A DNA stretch of 64,000 bases from Octopus sinensis (lineage: Eukaryota): assembly GCF_006345805.1 (NCBI RefSeq), contig NC_043006.1, forward strand, positions 47,306,001 to 47,370,000. Reading direction: 5' to 3'. Numbering within the stretch: position 1 is the stretch's first letter; the number at the start of each line of letters is the position of its first letter. Of this stretch, positions 14,495 through 28,439 are shown one piece after another. Below the pieces are notes generated by a model. The model had not been told where the DNA came from, made no database searches, and saw only the letters and a list, made by a program, of their open reading frames with translations. The translations under genes were made by a program, and so were the position numbers.

Positions 14495-15405
14495 ATATAT
14501 ATAATAATTAATATATAAATATATAATATATATATATAATATATATATATAATATATAATATAATATATATATATATAATATATATATATATAATATATA
14601 TATATATATAATATATATATAATAATATATATATATATATATATATTTAATATATATATATAATAATATATAAATATATATATATATAATATATATATAA
14701 TATATATATATATATAATATATTTATAATATATAGATATATATACACATATATATATAATATATTTATAATATATAGATATACATATACACATATTATAT
14801 AATAATATTTATAATATATAGATATACATATAGACATAATATATAATATATATATAATATATTTATATATATGTAGATATACATATACACATATATATAA
14901 TATATATATATAATATATTTATAATATATAGATATACATATACACATATATATATATATATATATATAATATATTTATAATATATAGATATACATTACAC
15001 ATATATATATAATATATATATATAATATATTTATAATATATAGATATACATATACACATATATATATAATATATATATATAATATATTTATAAATATAGA
15101 TATACATATACACATATATATAAATTATATATATATAATATATTTATAATATATAGATATACATATACACATATATATAATATATATATATAATATATTT
15201 ATAATATATAGATATACATATACACATATATATATAATATATATATATATAATATATTTATAATATATAGATATACATAACATATATATATATGTTTATA
15301 TATATACGTATAAACATATACGTCTACATATCTATATCTATAAATATAGATATATATACATATACATGTAGACATACATATATACGTGTGTATACATATA
15401 TATAT
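14110..15405. repeat. Long degenerate (TA)n tract with higher-order units of about 55 bp
   Basis: Repeating tataatatatttataatatatagatatacatatacacata units from about 14700 to 15290. Confidence 0.9.
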
Positions 15406-15619
15406 AGGGAGAAAGTGGGTGTCAAAACCCTGGATGAGTCTCAATATGTACTAAGTATTTAATATTTTCGTTTAAAGTTACATGTCCCCAAGAAGGTATA
15501 TATTTCTCTCTTTTATTGTCTCTATCTCTCTCTCATTGTCTCTCTCCTCTCTCTCTCTCTCTCAAAATATATTACAGATATATATGAGTGAGACTGTAGA
15601 ATACGTGGAAGTATTGTAG

Positions 15620-16968
15620 GGCAAATTAGATCTATATACTAAATAACAATTAAAAAACATTATTGCAATTTCCTGTATTTGAAATACATATAATCCAACC
15701 TGTATTATAAGGAAATACCTGGGAGTATTCGATGTAAACAACCTCAAATTATTTCTTGCGATTGGTGAAACCTGGGATCTTTCCGTTCAATCATAAAGAG
15801 TTTACTGAGTGTATATGCTACACAATTCTTGTAAAGAACAAGAATAATACATCTACTCAGTTTTACCATATCAGTCAATTTTATATCAGATTTTGTTTCT
15901 TTTATCTGTAACCAACATATGTTTCTACTGCAAACCTATTTTCTAATATGGTTTAAATTTTCATGCAGTTTCCTCCTCTGATTCAGAGCCGATGCAGCTT
16001 TATTGAAGGTGCTGTCATATTATATTTTGAGCATACTAAAATCTGGTGGTTTCAGAACGTATCAAATCATAGTTGGTGGCGGACGGTATGTATATGTGTA
16101 TATATACATACGTTAATATAATTCAACGTTGACAAGTTTTCCTGAATAGCATATAGTGACTATAGTAATGGAGTCATAACATACAGTATAACTACATGGG
16201 GAAATATGCAGAACTATTTAAAATTTTTCTTATTTTTCCTTAGTTACCTGCCGTTTTTAAAATACCTCAAAGTATGTCCGTTTCAAACTCACAGATTTTC
16301 ACCTGTCATGTTATTTTTCCCATTTGAACCTATACTGATAGTATCTTCTATTTACATAATGTTTTTACACTATTATATCTTTAAAAAATTACGCCGAAGA
16401 CTTAGCGTGTTATTAGCTTCCTGTATGATAGTAACAATATTACATATTTATAATCTAAGCTTGATAAATATCAAATATGGTTTTTTACATATGTCAGAAT
16501 TGAAATATATTAGAGACATTGAAATGTCAAGTCTTCCTCAAATTCGATCAATGTGCAAAAACCAAATCGGTGAAATAAATTTCGTATAAAATAAGCATCA
16601 GGCAATTTCTACTCACACACATGCATGCTCTCTCTCTCTCTCTCCCGCTCTCTCTCTCTCCCTCTCTCTCTCTCCCTCTCTCTCCCTCTCAAACACACAC
16701 ACAAACTCCAGGAGATTGAAAATATGTATATGCATACACTGATGTGATTCAATGCGGATAAGGTTTATAAAGTGCATACAATAACTGTATATCTTGAGAC
16801 GTTACATACCTAATACTTTTAATGCTAAATATACAGAAATACACACACATATTTATACGTGGCAAAATCACGTATGCGTCTTAATAGGTACATAGTACAT
16901 GATATTCTGTTTAAATTTACATGACTCAATCACTTATCTCATTCTCTCCCTCTTTCTCTATCTATCTA

Positions 16969-16999
<31 letters not shown>

Positions 17000-17005
17000 T
17001 TATAT

Positions 17006-17049
<44 letters not shown>

Positions 17050-17753
17050 GAGGGAATAGTATTCCAAACTTACAGGGAAAAATTTTATTTAGAAATACTA
17101 AATCAAATTTCACAAAAAATACGGTATATATAAATTAGAAAATTTATATATATACGTTTTATTTATTATTTTGCACACTAATTAATCATCGTTATATGTT
17201 CTACCGTATATTTAATCTTTCTATTATATGTAATTTTCTAAATGGTATAATTTAATTTTTCATTATATTTTTCATTAATTTTTCTATTTCATATGAATGA
17301 AATAGAGTGACGTTGATGTAAGCTAGGCAGCGCAAATTACATCTACATAACAAATAGTAACTGAAAATCTTTATTGAATTTTCATGCATGTGAGTGACAT
17401 TTAACCGAACCTGTACGATAAGGAATAATATAGGTGTATTCAAGGTAAACATGCTCAATATATTTCTTCTGATAGGTAAAAACCTTGTTTCGCTTCGTTC
17501 GACCATAAACAGTTTACTGAGTGTATATACTACACAATTCTGATAAATAACACGAATACTACATCTGCACGGTTTTTACCATTTCATTCTATAGTATATC
17601 GTATTTAGTTTATTTATCTGTATCCGACATAGGTTTCTACTGCAAGCATATCATGCAATATGGTTAAAATTTTCATGCAGCTTCTTCATCTGGTTCACAG
17701 CCTTTATTGAAGGTGTTGCCACATTTTGAGCATACACACACATACGCACGATC

Positions 17754-17791
<38 letters not shown>

Positions 17792-18300
17792 CCTCTCTCT
17801 CTCTCTATCTCAAACACACACACAAACAGGCGCACATACAGTACCAGCAGTACCGGAGACATTATATACTGTATACTTTTAGTGCTAAATATCCAGAAAT
17901 GTGTAAAATTTACTTATTTTTCCTGAATTATCTGCAGCATGCAGAATGGCCTCAAAGTTTGTCTGTTTCGGACATACAGATATTCCATTCTGTATTTTAT
18001 TTTGCTCATATATCTTTGATTCACGTAATGTATTAAGGGTATTTTATTTCTTAAAAAATAAGCCGAAGACTGAGCTAATTATAAATTACCTGTATAAGGG
18101 TAACAAAATAACATAATTATAGTTTATGCTTGATAAAAAAAATGGAAAAAACATTTCGGCGTTCACACGTCAGGCATAATTGAACTCACGAACAGACGTT
18201 CAAACGTCAAGTGTCTATCAATTTCGACCGCAGTGCAACGCTGTAATATTCACTATAAATTTGTTAAATAAGTATTATTAAATTCAGCGCACCCGCACGC
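15620..18300 (+). repeat. Old tandem segmental duplication (offset about 1.7 kb)
   Basis: 15620-16030 is homologous to 17332-17730, and 16200-16590 to 17895-18280. Confidence 0.75.
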
Positions 18301-18303
18301 ACT

Positions 18304-18355
<52 letters not shown>

Positions 18356-18421
18356 AGTGCGTGCGGGTGCGCTGAATTTAAATAATATTTAATATTTAAA
18401 TTCAGCGCACCCGCACGCACT

Positions 18422-18471
<50 letters not shown>

Positions 18472-18797
18472 AGTGCGTGCGGGTGCGCTGAATTAAATAA
18501 TACTTATTTAAACAAATTTAATAGTGAATATTACAGCGTTGCACTACGGTCGAAATTGATAGACACTTGACGTTTGAACGTCTGTTCGTGAGTTCAATTA
18601 TGCCTGACGTGTGAACGCCGAAATGTTTTTTCCATTTTTTTTTATCAAGCATAAACTATAATTATGTCATTTTGTTACCCTTATACAGGTAATTTATAAT
18701 TCGCTCAGTCTTCGGCTTATTTTTTAAGAAATAAAATACCCTAAATACATTACGTGAATCAAAGATATATGAGCAAAATAAAATACAGAATGGAATA
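17981..18797. repeat. Large inverted repeat with a nested double fold-back at (TA)n
   Basis: Arms of about 325 bp are near-perfect reverse complements. The centre is X-(TA)n-X'-spacer-X-(TA)n-X' with X=aaattcagcgcacccgcacgcactatcat. Confidence 0.9.
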
Positions 18798-18799
18798 TA

Positions 18800-18882
<83 letters not shown>

Positions 18883-19011
18883 GTAACACACTTCGGTGCT
18901 GGTCAATACGTCAGTCCAATTAACGCATAAGTTCGGTTCTTACTAATTTTTATAGAATTTTAATTTTGTAAATATAATTATTTTTCAAATACATTTTCTG
19001 CACATTTTTCT

Positions 19012-19046
19012 TTCTATCTATCTATCTATCTATCAATCTATCTATC

Positions 19047-19079
<33 letters not shown>

Positions 19080-19080
19080 A

Positions 19081-19115
<35 letters not shown>

Positions 19116-19119
19116 ATAT

Positions 19120-19210
<91 letters not shown>
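19012..19210. repeat. (TCTA)n microsatellite
   Basis: Directly visible. Confidence 0.95.
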
Positions 19211-19362
19211 AGTACAGAAAGCAACACTCATCCAGTCTAACTGCAGTGAATTTGTCTTTCGAAGATGATATATGTCACATACATAATTTAACTGACCTGA
19301 AATTCGCTTATGCCCGAACACTGCTCAGTGGTGATACTACTGTATATATATATATATATATA

Positions 19363-19915
19363 TAAATTGAGATAGGGGTTGTAAATACAACCCTCCATGG
19401 GATAACATATATCCAATATACTGCTAGTGAAGTACCCAACAAAGTTAATACATAAATGTTAAGGATTGCGATGCAATCAATTCATTTACTGTATTATATG
19501 GGTGAAGGTAAAATGATTTACCACAAATTTCTAATACAAGATAAGAAAATGGAGAAATACATCTAAATCAAATATCAATTACCAGATAATACTCAATCAC
19601 ATACTTTATTAAACCACCATATAAGAGAATGTAGGGTTAAACATAAAAAAGCAGAACAAATCAGTGTACATAAATGAATGTACATAAAAAAATGTACATA
19701 AAAGAGTAATGTTGTATAATAAGTAGAATATATATAAAAAAGAGAATATACATATAAGTAAATATAAATATAAGTATAGATTACATCTTACAGCTGTTTC
19801 GGTCATGTAGATAAGTATGTCTCATTTTACCAATATTGGCCTTTTAAGGTAGGTCAATATATAGATATAAATGAGACATTTACAAAAATATCGTAAGGCC
19901 TCCTCGGAGATATAC
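19363..19915 (-). mobile_element. Penelope-pLTR/retrozyme-like short element ending in (TA)n
   Basis: Homologous to 31350-31760; carries a hammerhead at its 5' end; 3' end (..acccctatctcaattt) abuts (TA)n. Confidence 0.6.
19782..19914 (-). ncRNA. Candidate type I hammerhead ribozyme with long stem II (U4C core variant)
   Basis: Minus strand: stem I TATATCT/AGATGTA. Core CCGAGGA. Stem II GGcC..GaCC extended by ATGTCTCATTT/AAATGAGACAT and ATATTGACCT/AGGCCAATAT. GAAA, palindrome ACAGCTGT, GUA site. Confidence 0.7.
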
Positions 19916-20054
19916 ATATACATATGAGTGCATATATTCACACTCCTATACATATAAAAATATACATATACATAATAATGTAGATAAATAATATAAATTA
20001 GTAAACATATATACGTTCCATATTCAATGTTTCAGTTCTTCAACTTAATATTGT

Positions 20055-20394
20055 GATAATAAACATCATAAGCGGAAAGTGTAACCTCTCGAAAGAGCTG
20101 TTCTTCACTCCTGCTCCAGATCGTCGGCTGCGCGGTCATTCCGAAAAGCTCTACCTGCGACGATTTCACCTCAATCGAAGGAGAGGAGCTTTCTCCGTCC
20201 GGGTTGCGGATGCGTGGAACAAGCTGCTAGACAAGATGGTGAAGATGCCGACGACCGCTTTGTTCAAAGCCTCCCTTGACCTCAAGTGGCCTGAACTCTT
20301 TACATGAACACCACCCTGTACTTAACTCCATGTCCCCCTACATGGCCTTGCTATTTGCATTTGAGCCAAATTAACTAACTAACTAACTAACTAA
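20055..20394 (+). mobile_element. CR1-like LINE 3' end with (TAAC)n tail
   Basis: LRGHSEKL...RRRGAFSVRVADAWNKL...FKASLD is the typical CR1 C-terminus (RGH..KL, F+.RV...WN.L); tail ttaactaactaac. Confidence 0.8.
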
Positions 20395-20565
20395 ACATAC
20401 ACATATTAGTACCTAGATGCAAATATACACAGTCAATAGTACATTATATTACTTCCTACTAATTTCCAAAGTGTCATTAAAGTTTGCATCATTATCGTTG
20501 TCAGATACAAATATACATAGTCAATAGTAGATTATATTACTTCCTACTAATTTCCAAAGTGTCAT

Positions 20566-21219
20566 TAGATGTAGGGCAGCTCTACATCGTATATTTACGT
20601 TAACCGCGTGTAGGCAAGCAAAAGTGTAATCGCATATTTGCGTCAACCACTGTTAAAGGGCTAAAGCAGTGTGCCACATTGGCCTTCTAGGGTGGCAGGC
20701 TTAAAATATTCCCGATTGTACTGTACCATCTCTTCGTACATTTAGCACAATCTATCTATTCTGCTGCACAATTTGTATCATATGTCACGTTTGGGGCTAC
20801 CATCTTCCCTCTCACCCTTCTCACCTGTGAACACTCATCGGTACTGTCAGTTTTATTTCAGATTAGAAGGGAAAAGTATTTTTTTAAAAATCTTTTCACC
20901 CTTTATGCAAAAAAAAATGTTATATATAGCAGATTGAAAGATCTGATATTAATACAAGTGTCGTCTTACACAACCAAATTTTAGTATACGTATAAAACTT
21001 GTAAAATAGCATTTAATGAGAACATCGCTTTTCTATTATTTGCATTTACTTTTAGAAGAACCGATATATAAACCACAAAGGAAATGCAACAGAAAAAAAC
21101 GGCGACATCGGCGCTTAAATCTACACTCATAAAAGTACATCTAGAAGACATACAGCATAGCACATCCATTCATATACACACACATACACAAACAAACACA
21201 TATATGCATCTATCGGTGT

Positions 21220-21271
<52 letters not shown>

Positions 21272-22593
21272 TATATATATTATATATACATGTACATATA
21301 TATTTTGGCGTGTGCGTGTATCTCTCTTTCTCTTGTATATATATATATAATGTATGTATGTGTGTGTCTGTATGCACAGATGTATGTATAATTATAACCG
21401 GGAGGGTGTATATGTAACTATGCAGTCCTTCCCGCAAAGTAAATTAAATAAATTTGGGATTTTTTGCGGAAGGTGAAAGTTGTAACAAGAAGGGGACAAG
21501 AGAACAAAACAGTAAAAACAAACAATGAGAGATGTTACACCAAGACGATGGAAAAATTATGCTTTCTGACTACTTCCTACGCAAAGACTAAACGGGGTTA
21601 TTCTGTCTTTTCATAAGCTCGTCTCCTTAAACGTTCAGAATAATTTTTCCATCGTCTTGGCTTAACAGCCCTCATCGTTTGTTTTTACTGTTTTGTTCTC
21701 ATTGTTCTGTCTTTTACTGCTTTTAATTCTTCATTGTTTTATTCTCATTTTTACTGTTTTGTTCTCACTGTCCTGTTCTTGTTACCACTTTCACCCTCCG
21801 CAAAAAATCCAAAATTTTATTTAATTTGCTGTGTGAGGAAAAACTGCATAGTTACATATACACACTCCTGTAAAGATATAAAGTACACGATAGCGAGCAT
21901 AAACATACGCCAGCCGCTAAAACTCCGTGATAGATGTAGGGCAGCTCTACATCATATATTTACGTTAACCGCGTGTAGGCAAGCAAAAGTGTAATCGCAT
22001 ATTTGCGTCAACCGTTGTTAAAGGGCTAAAGCAGTGTGCCACCTTGGCCTTCTAGGGTGACAGGCTTAAAATATTCCCGATTGTACTGTACCATCTCTTC
22101 GTTCTTTTAGCACAATCTATCTATTCTGCCGCACAATTTGTATCATATGTCACGTTTGGGGCTACCGTCTTCCCTCTCACCCTTCTCACCTGTGGACACT
22201 CATCGCTGCTGTCAGTTTTATTTCTGATAAAAAGGGAAAAATATTTTTTAAAAAATCTTTTCACCCTTTATGCAAAAAAAATGTTATATATAGCAGATTG
22301 AAAGATCTGATATTAATACAAGTGTCGTCTTACACAACCAAATTTTAGTATACGTATAAAACTTGTAAAATAGCATTTTATGAGAACATCGCTTTTCTAT
22401 TATTTGCATTTACTTTTAGAAGAACCGATATATAAACCACAAAGGAAATGCAACAGAAAAAAACGGCGACATCGGCGCTTAAATCTACACTCATAAAAGT
22501 ACATCTAGAAGACATACATGCATAGCACATCCATTCATATACACACACATACACACACACACAAACAAACACCTATATGTATGTATCGGTGTT

Positions 22594-22598
<5 letters not shown>
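20566..22598 (+). repeat. Recent direct duplication of about 660 bp (20566-21225 and 21931-22598)
   Basis: Near-identical copies from tagatgtagggcagctctacatc to the (TA)n tract. Confidence 0.9.
21400..21870. mobile_element. Fold-back element (imperfect arms of about 160-230 bp); MITE-like or head-to-head pLTR pair
   Basis: 21400-21560 is reverse complementary to 21640-21870; a related single arm lies at about 29580-29650. Confidence 0.65.
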
Positions 22599-22634
<36 letters not shown>

Positions 22635-22664
22635 CATATATATATATATATAATATATATATAC

Positions 22665-22715
<51 letters not shown>

Positions 22716-22741
22716 ATATATATATAGATATATATATATAG

Positions 22742-22785
<44 letters not shown>

Positions 22786-22805
22786 GATATATGTAGATAT
22801 ATATT

Positions 22806-22856
<51 letters not shown>

Positions 22857-22899
22857 GTATTATATTATATTATGTAATATATATATATATGGTATATAC

Positions 22900-22969
<70 letters not shown>

Positions 22970-23101
22970 CATATAATATATATGTATATATAATAATATA
23001 TATATATGTATATATATACTATATATATATATGTATATATACATATATATATATATGTATATATATACATATATGTAATATATACTATATATATATATAT
23101 G

Positions 23102-23146
<45 letters not shown>

Positions 23147-23398
23147 TATATATATATATATATGTATATATATACATATATATATAATTATATATATATA
23201 TACATATATATTATATATAATATGTATATAGATAGATATATATATATATATATATATTACATATATATATGTATGTATCCGCCTTACATCTGTTTGTTTT
23301 TCTACACCATCTGTCTTCGTCTTTTGTTTTTTTTGTGCATTGTCCCTATAAAATATATATATATATATAATATATATATATATTATATATATATATAT

Positions 23399-23444
<46 letters not shown>

Positions 23445-23475
23445 TATATAATATATATAAATATACATATATATA
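22598..23475. repeat. Long (TA)n-rich microsatellite
   Basis: Directly visible; interrupted at 23280-23350 by a short tail similar to 61495-61550. Confidence 0.9.
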
Positions 23476-25309
23476 AAGGTATATGCGTGTTGTGTGTGTG
23501 TGTAAAAGACTGAAATTGTTAATTTTGCAAATACAGTATATGCTCTCTAATTTGTTATCAAGAATTGCCATCTCCTTCTGAAGTTGTTTAAAGTTGAACT
23601 AATATTAACGGAACAGTATTCTGTTTACGAAACAGGTGATTACAATTAAGTATCACCAGTTCCGAGTATAAATAGTTTTATTTTCCCCTTTTATTAGAAT
23701 GTTTTATGAAAGCTGCAATTTGTTATACACTCAACATCATAACCCAAAATGCATAATTGATAAAGAAGAACTACAATATATGTATGATCGTGTATATATA
23801 TATATACATACGAGCGCGCGCGTATGTGTGTTTGTGTATGTGCAAATATTGTGTGATTGTATGATATAAATACTAATATAAGAAATTGAAAAGGCAGGCA
23901 CGTTCGAAAACTGGCACTTCACAATCAATTGATCTGTCTGGTGGGAAAGAGCGGTTTGACCTAATGAACTAGATTAGTAATCCGGTAAGATGCAGCGAAA
24001 AACGCTGAGCCATCAAATTTGCATTTCAACTAGATTTATAGTCTAGCTTAAATTGACACCATTAAGGTTATTTTCGTTTTGTACAAGAGAAGAAAATGAA
24101 TAAAATTGAGGAAAATACATAGAGAAGCAAAGTCTATATTTTTTATGCAACTTTTAATGTTTTTTCCATATTTTTGTCGTAATGGCAGTTATGAGACTGA
24201 TAAAATATAGGAATTGATAGCTATGCGTAGGTAGTTGTCTAGCTTTGGTGTATTATTAGTTTGAGGAAATGGCGGAATTGCAATTTCAATAGAAATTTAT
24301 GATTGATAACCAATTCAGAAGCCTTTAATGTTGATTCAAAGTGGATTTCCTTAGTTACAAACACCCATAGACATACAGGCACAATGATACACACTAATAT
24401 ATATATATAATGTCTCACACATAAAGGGGAAATAGGCCTCAATGTGTGATATATGCACAGTCATGCTTTATATATATTAAACAAACAGTTGGTGGTGGGT
24501 TTTAGCGTATATGTATATATATTTATATAGTTATCTATGTAACTAGCGAATACATATAGACGCATAATCATTTAGGCTTAGAAGGACAGCATACGCTAAC
24601 TGCGGGAAGGCAAATAATCATTTATATGGAAACTCTGATATGCAAATCAATGAACGTATCTATTCGTATGTAAGCTCATAAAAATCATACTTACATACAT
24701 ACATATATATATATATTTAGTTACTCTTAACATGAGCAAACTTGTAAAGAAAGCATGTATATATATATATATATATATATATACGTTAATATATCCATTA
24801 TCATGCCATAAAATACGTGGGTGGGCGAACTTATGTATATATATTTATATACATATGTGTGTGTGTGTTTACGTGGATACACTCATATACGCATATATAT
24901 ACATGTGCGTGAAATAACATGTTTCAGCTTAAATCATAAATTGCAATATTCGTTGAGAAAATGTGTACGTCTATGAAGAAGCGTTAATATGTGAGGCGTG
25001 TTGGTGATTTGAGGCTATTATTTGTAATTATAAAAGGAGGGATTATGTTGGATTAATTCAATGACGATAGCAAACGGTGTAAGTGTAAGAATCTGGTGAT
25101 GGAATAGAATGTGTCACCAAATGATATATGTCGTAAATGGTATTAATTTGTGCCAGGAATATTTATAAATATATATTTTGAACTTCGCACATAAATAATA
25201 CACATTCAGAAATATACACACTTGTACACAGCGATTATACGCACTCAAGCATTTATGCATGTATATATATATATATATAATGCAAACAATATATATATAT
25301 GCATATGTA

Positions 25310-25365
<56 letters not shown>

Positions 25366-25399
25366 CATGTATATATATATATAACATGTATATATTTGA

Positions 25400-25865
25400 C
25401 GGATATTTACCCTTCTTTGAAGCAAGCACTTCCCAGTTCTGACCTTTAAGGTGAAGATCCTTAAAGTGGCTTGTTATGCAATCTTTATATCTTTTCCTTG
25501 GTTTGTGCTGAGGACGTTTCCCAGTGTGCAATTTACTGTAAACTAGTTGTTTTGAGAGTCTTACCACATTCATGCGCGCAACAGGGCCTACCCATCGCAT
25601 TTGAGAAGATATGATGGTAGATTCAATGCTCCTACAGCCAGCATCTATAAGGATTTCTGTGTCAGGTAATTTCTGTTGTCATTTTATGTTTAGGATTCTT
25701 CTTAAACACTTTTGGTTAAATTGTTCAAGAAAATTAAGGTGCATACGATGTACCGTACACGTTTCCGAAGAGTACAAAAGGACACTTGTACAGAATACAG
25801 GCCTTGTACACGCTAAATGTAGTCTTGCTATTGATGCCATGATCTGCCCACACTCCCTTTTCATA
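25400..25865 (-). mobile_element. RTE-clade LINE 3' fragment
   Basis: TTFSVYKACI...LLYSSET...LEQFNQKCLRRILNIK...MRWVGPVARM...RLSKQLVYSKLHTGKRPQHKPRKRYKD (RTE/BovB-type C-terminus). Confidence 0.85.
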
Positions 25866-27307
25866 CATACTTAAATATATGCGTACATACATACATATAT
25901 ACATACGAACATACATACATACACACATACATACATAGTACATATATACATACATAAATACATACATACATACATACATACATACATACATACATACATA
26001 CATACATACTTAAATACATACAAGAACATCATGATCGGACTCAGAGTGCCCTGAGAGGTTAAACTTGATATATACCACCAGGTTAAGAAAACCCAAATAT
26101 CAGGACTTAGTATTCGAGGCCGTAATCATGAGATGGCACGGGGCCTTATTTATCATTGAAGTAAGCACAGTAGCTTTGCATTTAGATCAGTGCATTATCC
26201 TCCGCAGAAAATAAGTGTGGAACCCAAATAACTGGAGAAAGCCATCAGAAAAATAAGCATGGAAGCTGAAACTAGCTCAAGATGGCCATAGTTGATAAGA
26301 GACCGCAAATGAAACCCTTCTGTTCTTGATGATATGCTCATCGCTGCGCTGTCTCACTCAGGTGAATCGTATAAGTTTAAGGGGCGAAACCTTGTGACCC
26401 TCTGATACCTTCTGACGGTATAAAAAGTTGCTCCAGCATTGCAATAGATGTAGAAGTCCTTACAAAACCTATTTCCTGTAGTTTCTACGCCGGGGAAAGC
26501 ATCTCTCATGTTTTTTTCACCTATGAATGATATTATGAAATGTATTGTAGAAATAAAAATATTAATATACCTTATGTCTGTCTTACATGAATGTATAAAA
26601 TCTATTTTGAGAATGAAGCAATATTTTTTTCAATATATTCATAAGTGATTAGTTTTATTTATATCTCACATTAACATAAGATTGTAATTTTATTCATCGA
26701 TACAGTCGATTAATTCATCTCACTGTAGTATTAGTACTAATTTTATCGATCCTCATAGGATGACAGTAGCGTGAACTTGTGTCAGATTTTATTTCACTGT
26801 CTGCGAACATAAATATTTAAACTAATGCATTTTACCAAGGCTATGCTCACTTAGCAAATCCACAAACATTTCCCTTGATCAACATTTACATAAAAATTTG
26901 CCTGATAATACACACAGTGGAAAACCTTTTACACTATCGAACCCTTCTTTATACAAATATTCAACAAATACCTGAGGTTCAACAACATACCTATTAGCAT
27001 AACGTAAGCTAGTGAAATGGTAGATTATGTTAAATTTAGAATGTAAATGCTCTTTATTTATCTAACACATAAGATAACAGACTGGATATTATTATACTTG
27101 TTCCGTGTGAGTAGATATAAATAATGAGCAGTATATTTAAAGCTCTCCACGAAGCGAGTTTTACAAGTGATTACATAAAGATCATTGTTTATTCATTCGG
27201 GTAAACATGGCTTCCCTCTGGAAGGGCCGTATTAATTATTTAAACGAAGTGATATCTACATGTGCAGGATGGATTTTTAAAAACAGAATCTAACAAGTCT
27301 TCACACG

Positions 27308-27348
<41 letters not shown>

Positions 27349-27379
27349 GTATATATGTGTGTGTGTGTGTGTATGTATG

Positions 27380-27432
<53 letters not shown>

Positions 27433-27542
27433 TATGAAATCACATAATGTATTTGTAAAATTGTCTACAAAAATCGGACTTGTATATACATGCATGTATA
27501 TGTGTGTGTGTGTGTGTGGGGGGGTATCTGTGTGCGTGTATA

Positions 27543-27900
27543 TCTATTATATAAAATCCGTTCTGTCTGTATGTGTGTCTTCTAGGATCTCGGGTATCCT
27601 CCATCCGATTGCGCTCAAATTTGATGTGTAGATACCGACGGTGTCAGGGCGTGTATAAGTCTTGACAAAATTACAAAAATCGATTCCAGGTGAGAATGCG
27701 ATCGATAAAGCATTCTTTGGAATAGAAAAGAAGTCAATCTTTATTTCTTCTTTTGCTGGTGTCTCAAATTTATGTCAAATCAGTATTTCTCAAAGGGGAG
27801 GCTTATGGGACGGTCGGACAAGTTGTTTTGAAAAATATTTGGTTTAAATGTTTGACAACTCAGCACCGGCCATTAGACGGGGGGCGTTTTGCTCATGTAT
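27543..27900 (+). mobile_element. Non-autonomous Helitron-like 5' end
   Basis: TCTATTATATAAAA start, short (CTGT)n and ccgatt...aaatttg motif shared with 29358 and the Helitron head at 53887(-). Confidence 0.5.
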
Positions 27901-28439
27901 ATATACAAATTAAGTTAGATTTAGATATATATGTGTGAGCATTTATATAAGACATAGTGCCACCGCACTGTTTCTTTTGATAAGAAATCGCCATGTCGTG
28001 CACATGTGGTTGTGATGTATATGCCTGGTGTACCCTTATCGGACAAGTCAGCATGATGGGTATATTGAGCTTTGTATATTTGTACTCTAGTGTCACTTTA
28101 ATGGCATTCTATCACACAATAATAACGACAATAATAGTGACGATGATGATGATGATGAAATCAATATATTTCTTTTATTAACCACAATTGATTAAATGGT
28201 AAAAAAAACGAAATATTTATTAAAAGGTATAATGAAATGGGAAAGACATATTTACAAATATAGTATGATAGGATATGAAAGTAACCATTTGGTATTTTAA
28301 AAGTAGATATATTGCATAATTGAAAGTTAGTTATAAGGAAATAACACATGAATGATTATACGAAAGATTTGGTTTAGGCAGAGCACGAACCTATATATTT
28401 CATATATCTCAAGAGTGCAATCGAAGTCCCAGAAAGCAT

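Noticed and set aside
15562-17506. Two homologous minus-strand ORFs (15562-15747 and 17252-17506)
   Set aside because: Explained by segmental duplication; substitutions are largely non-synonymous and there is no recognisable domain
26025-26410. GC-richer stretch resembling a LINE 5' UTR, possibly with a ribozyme
   Set aside because: No second copy or ORF in the window and no convincing HDV or hammerhead fold by eye
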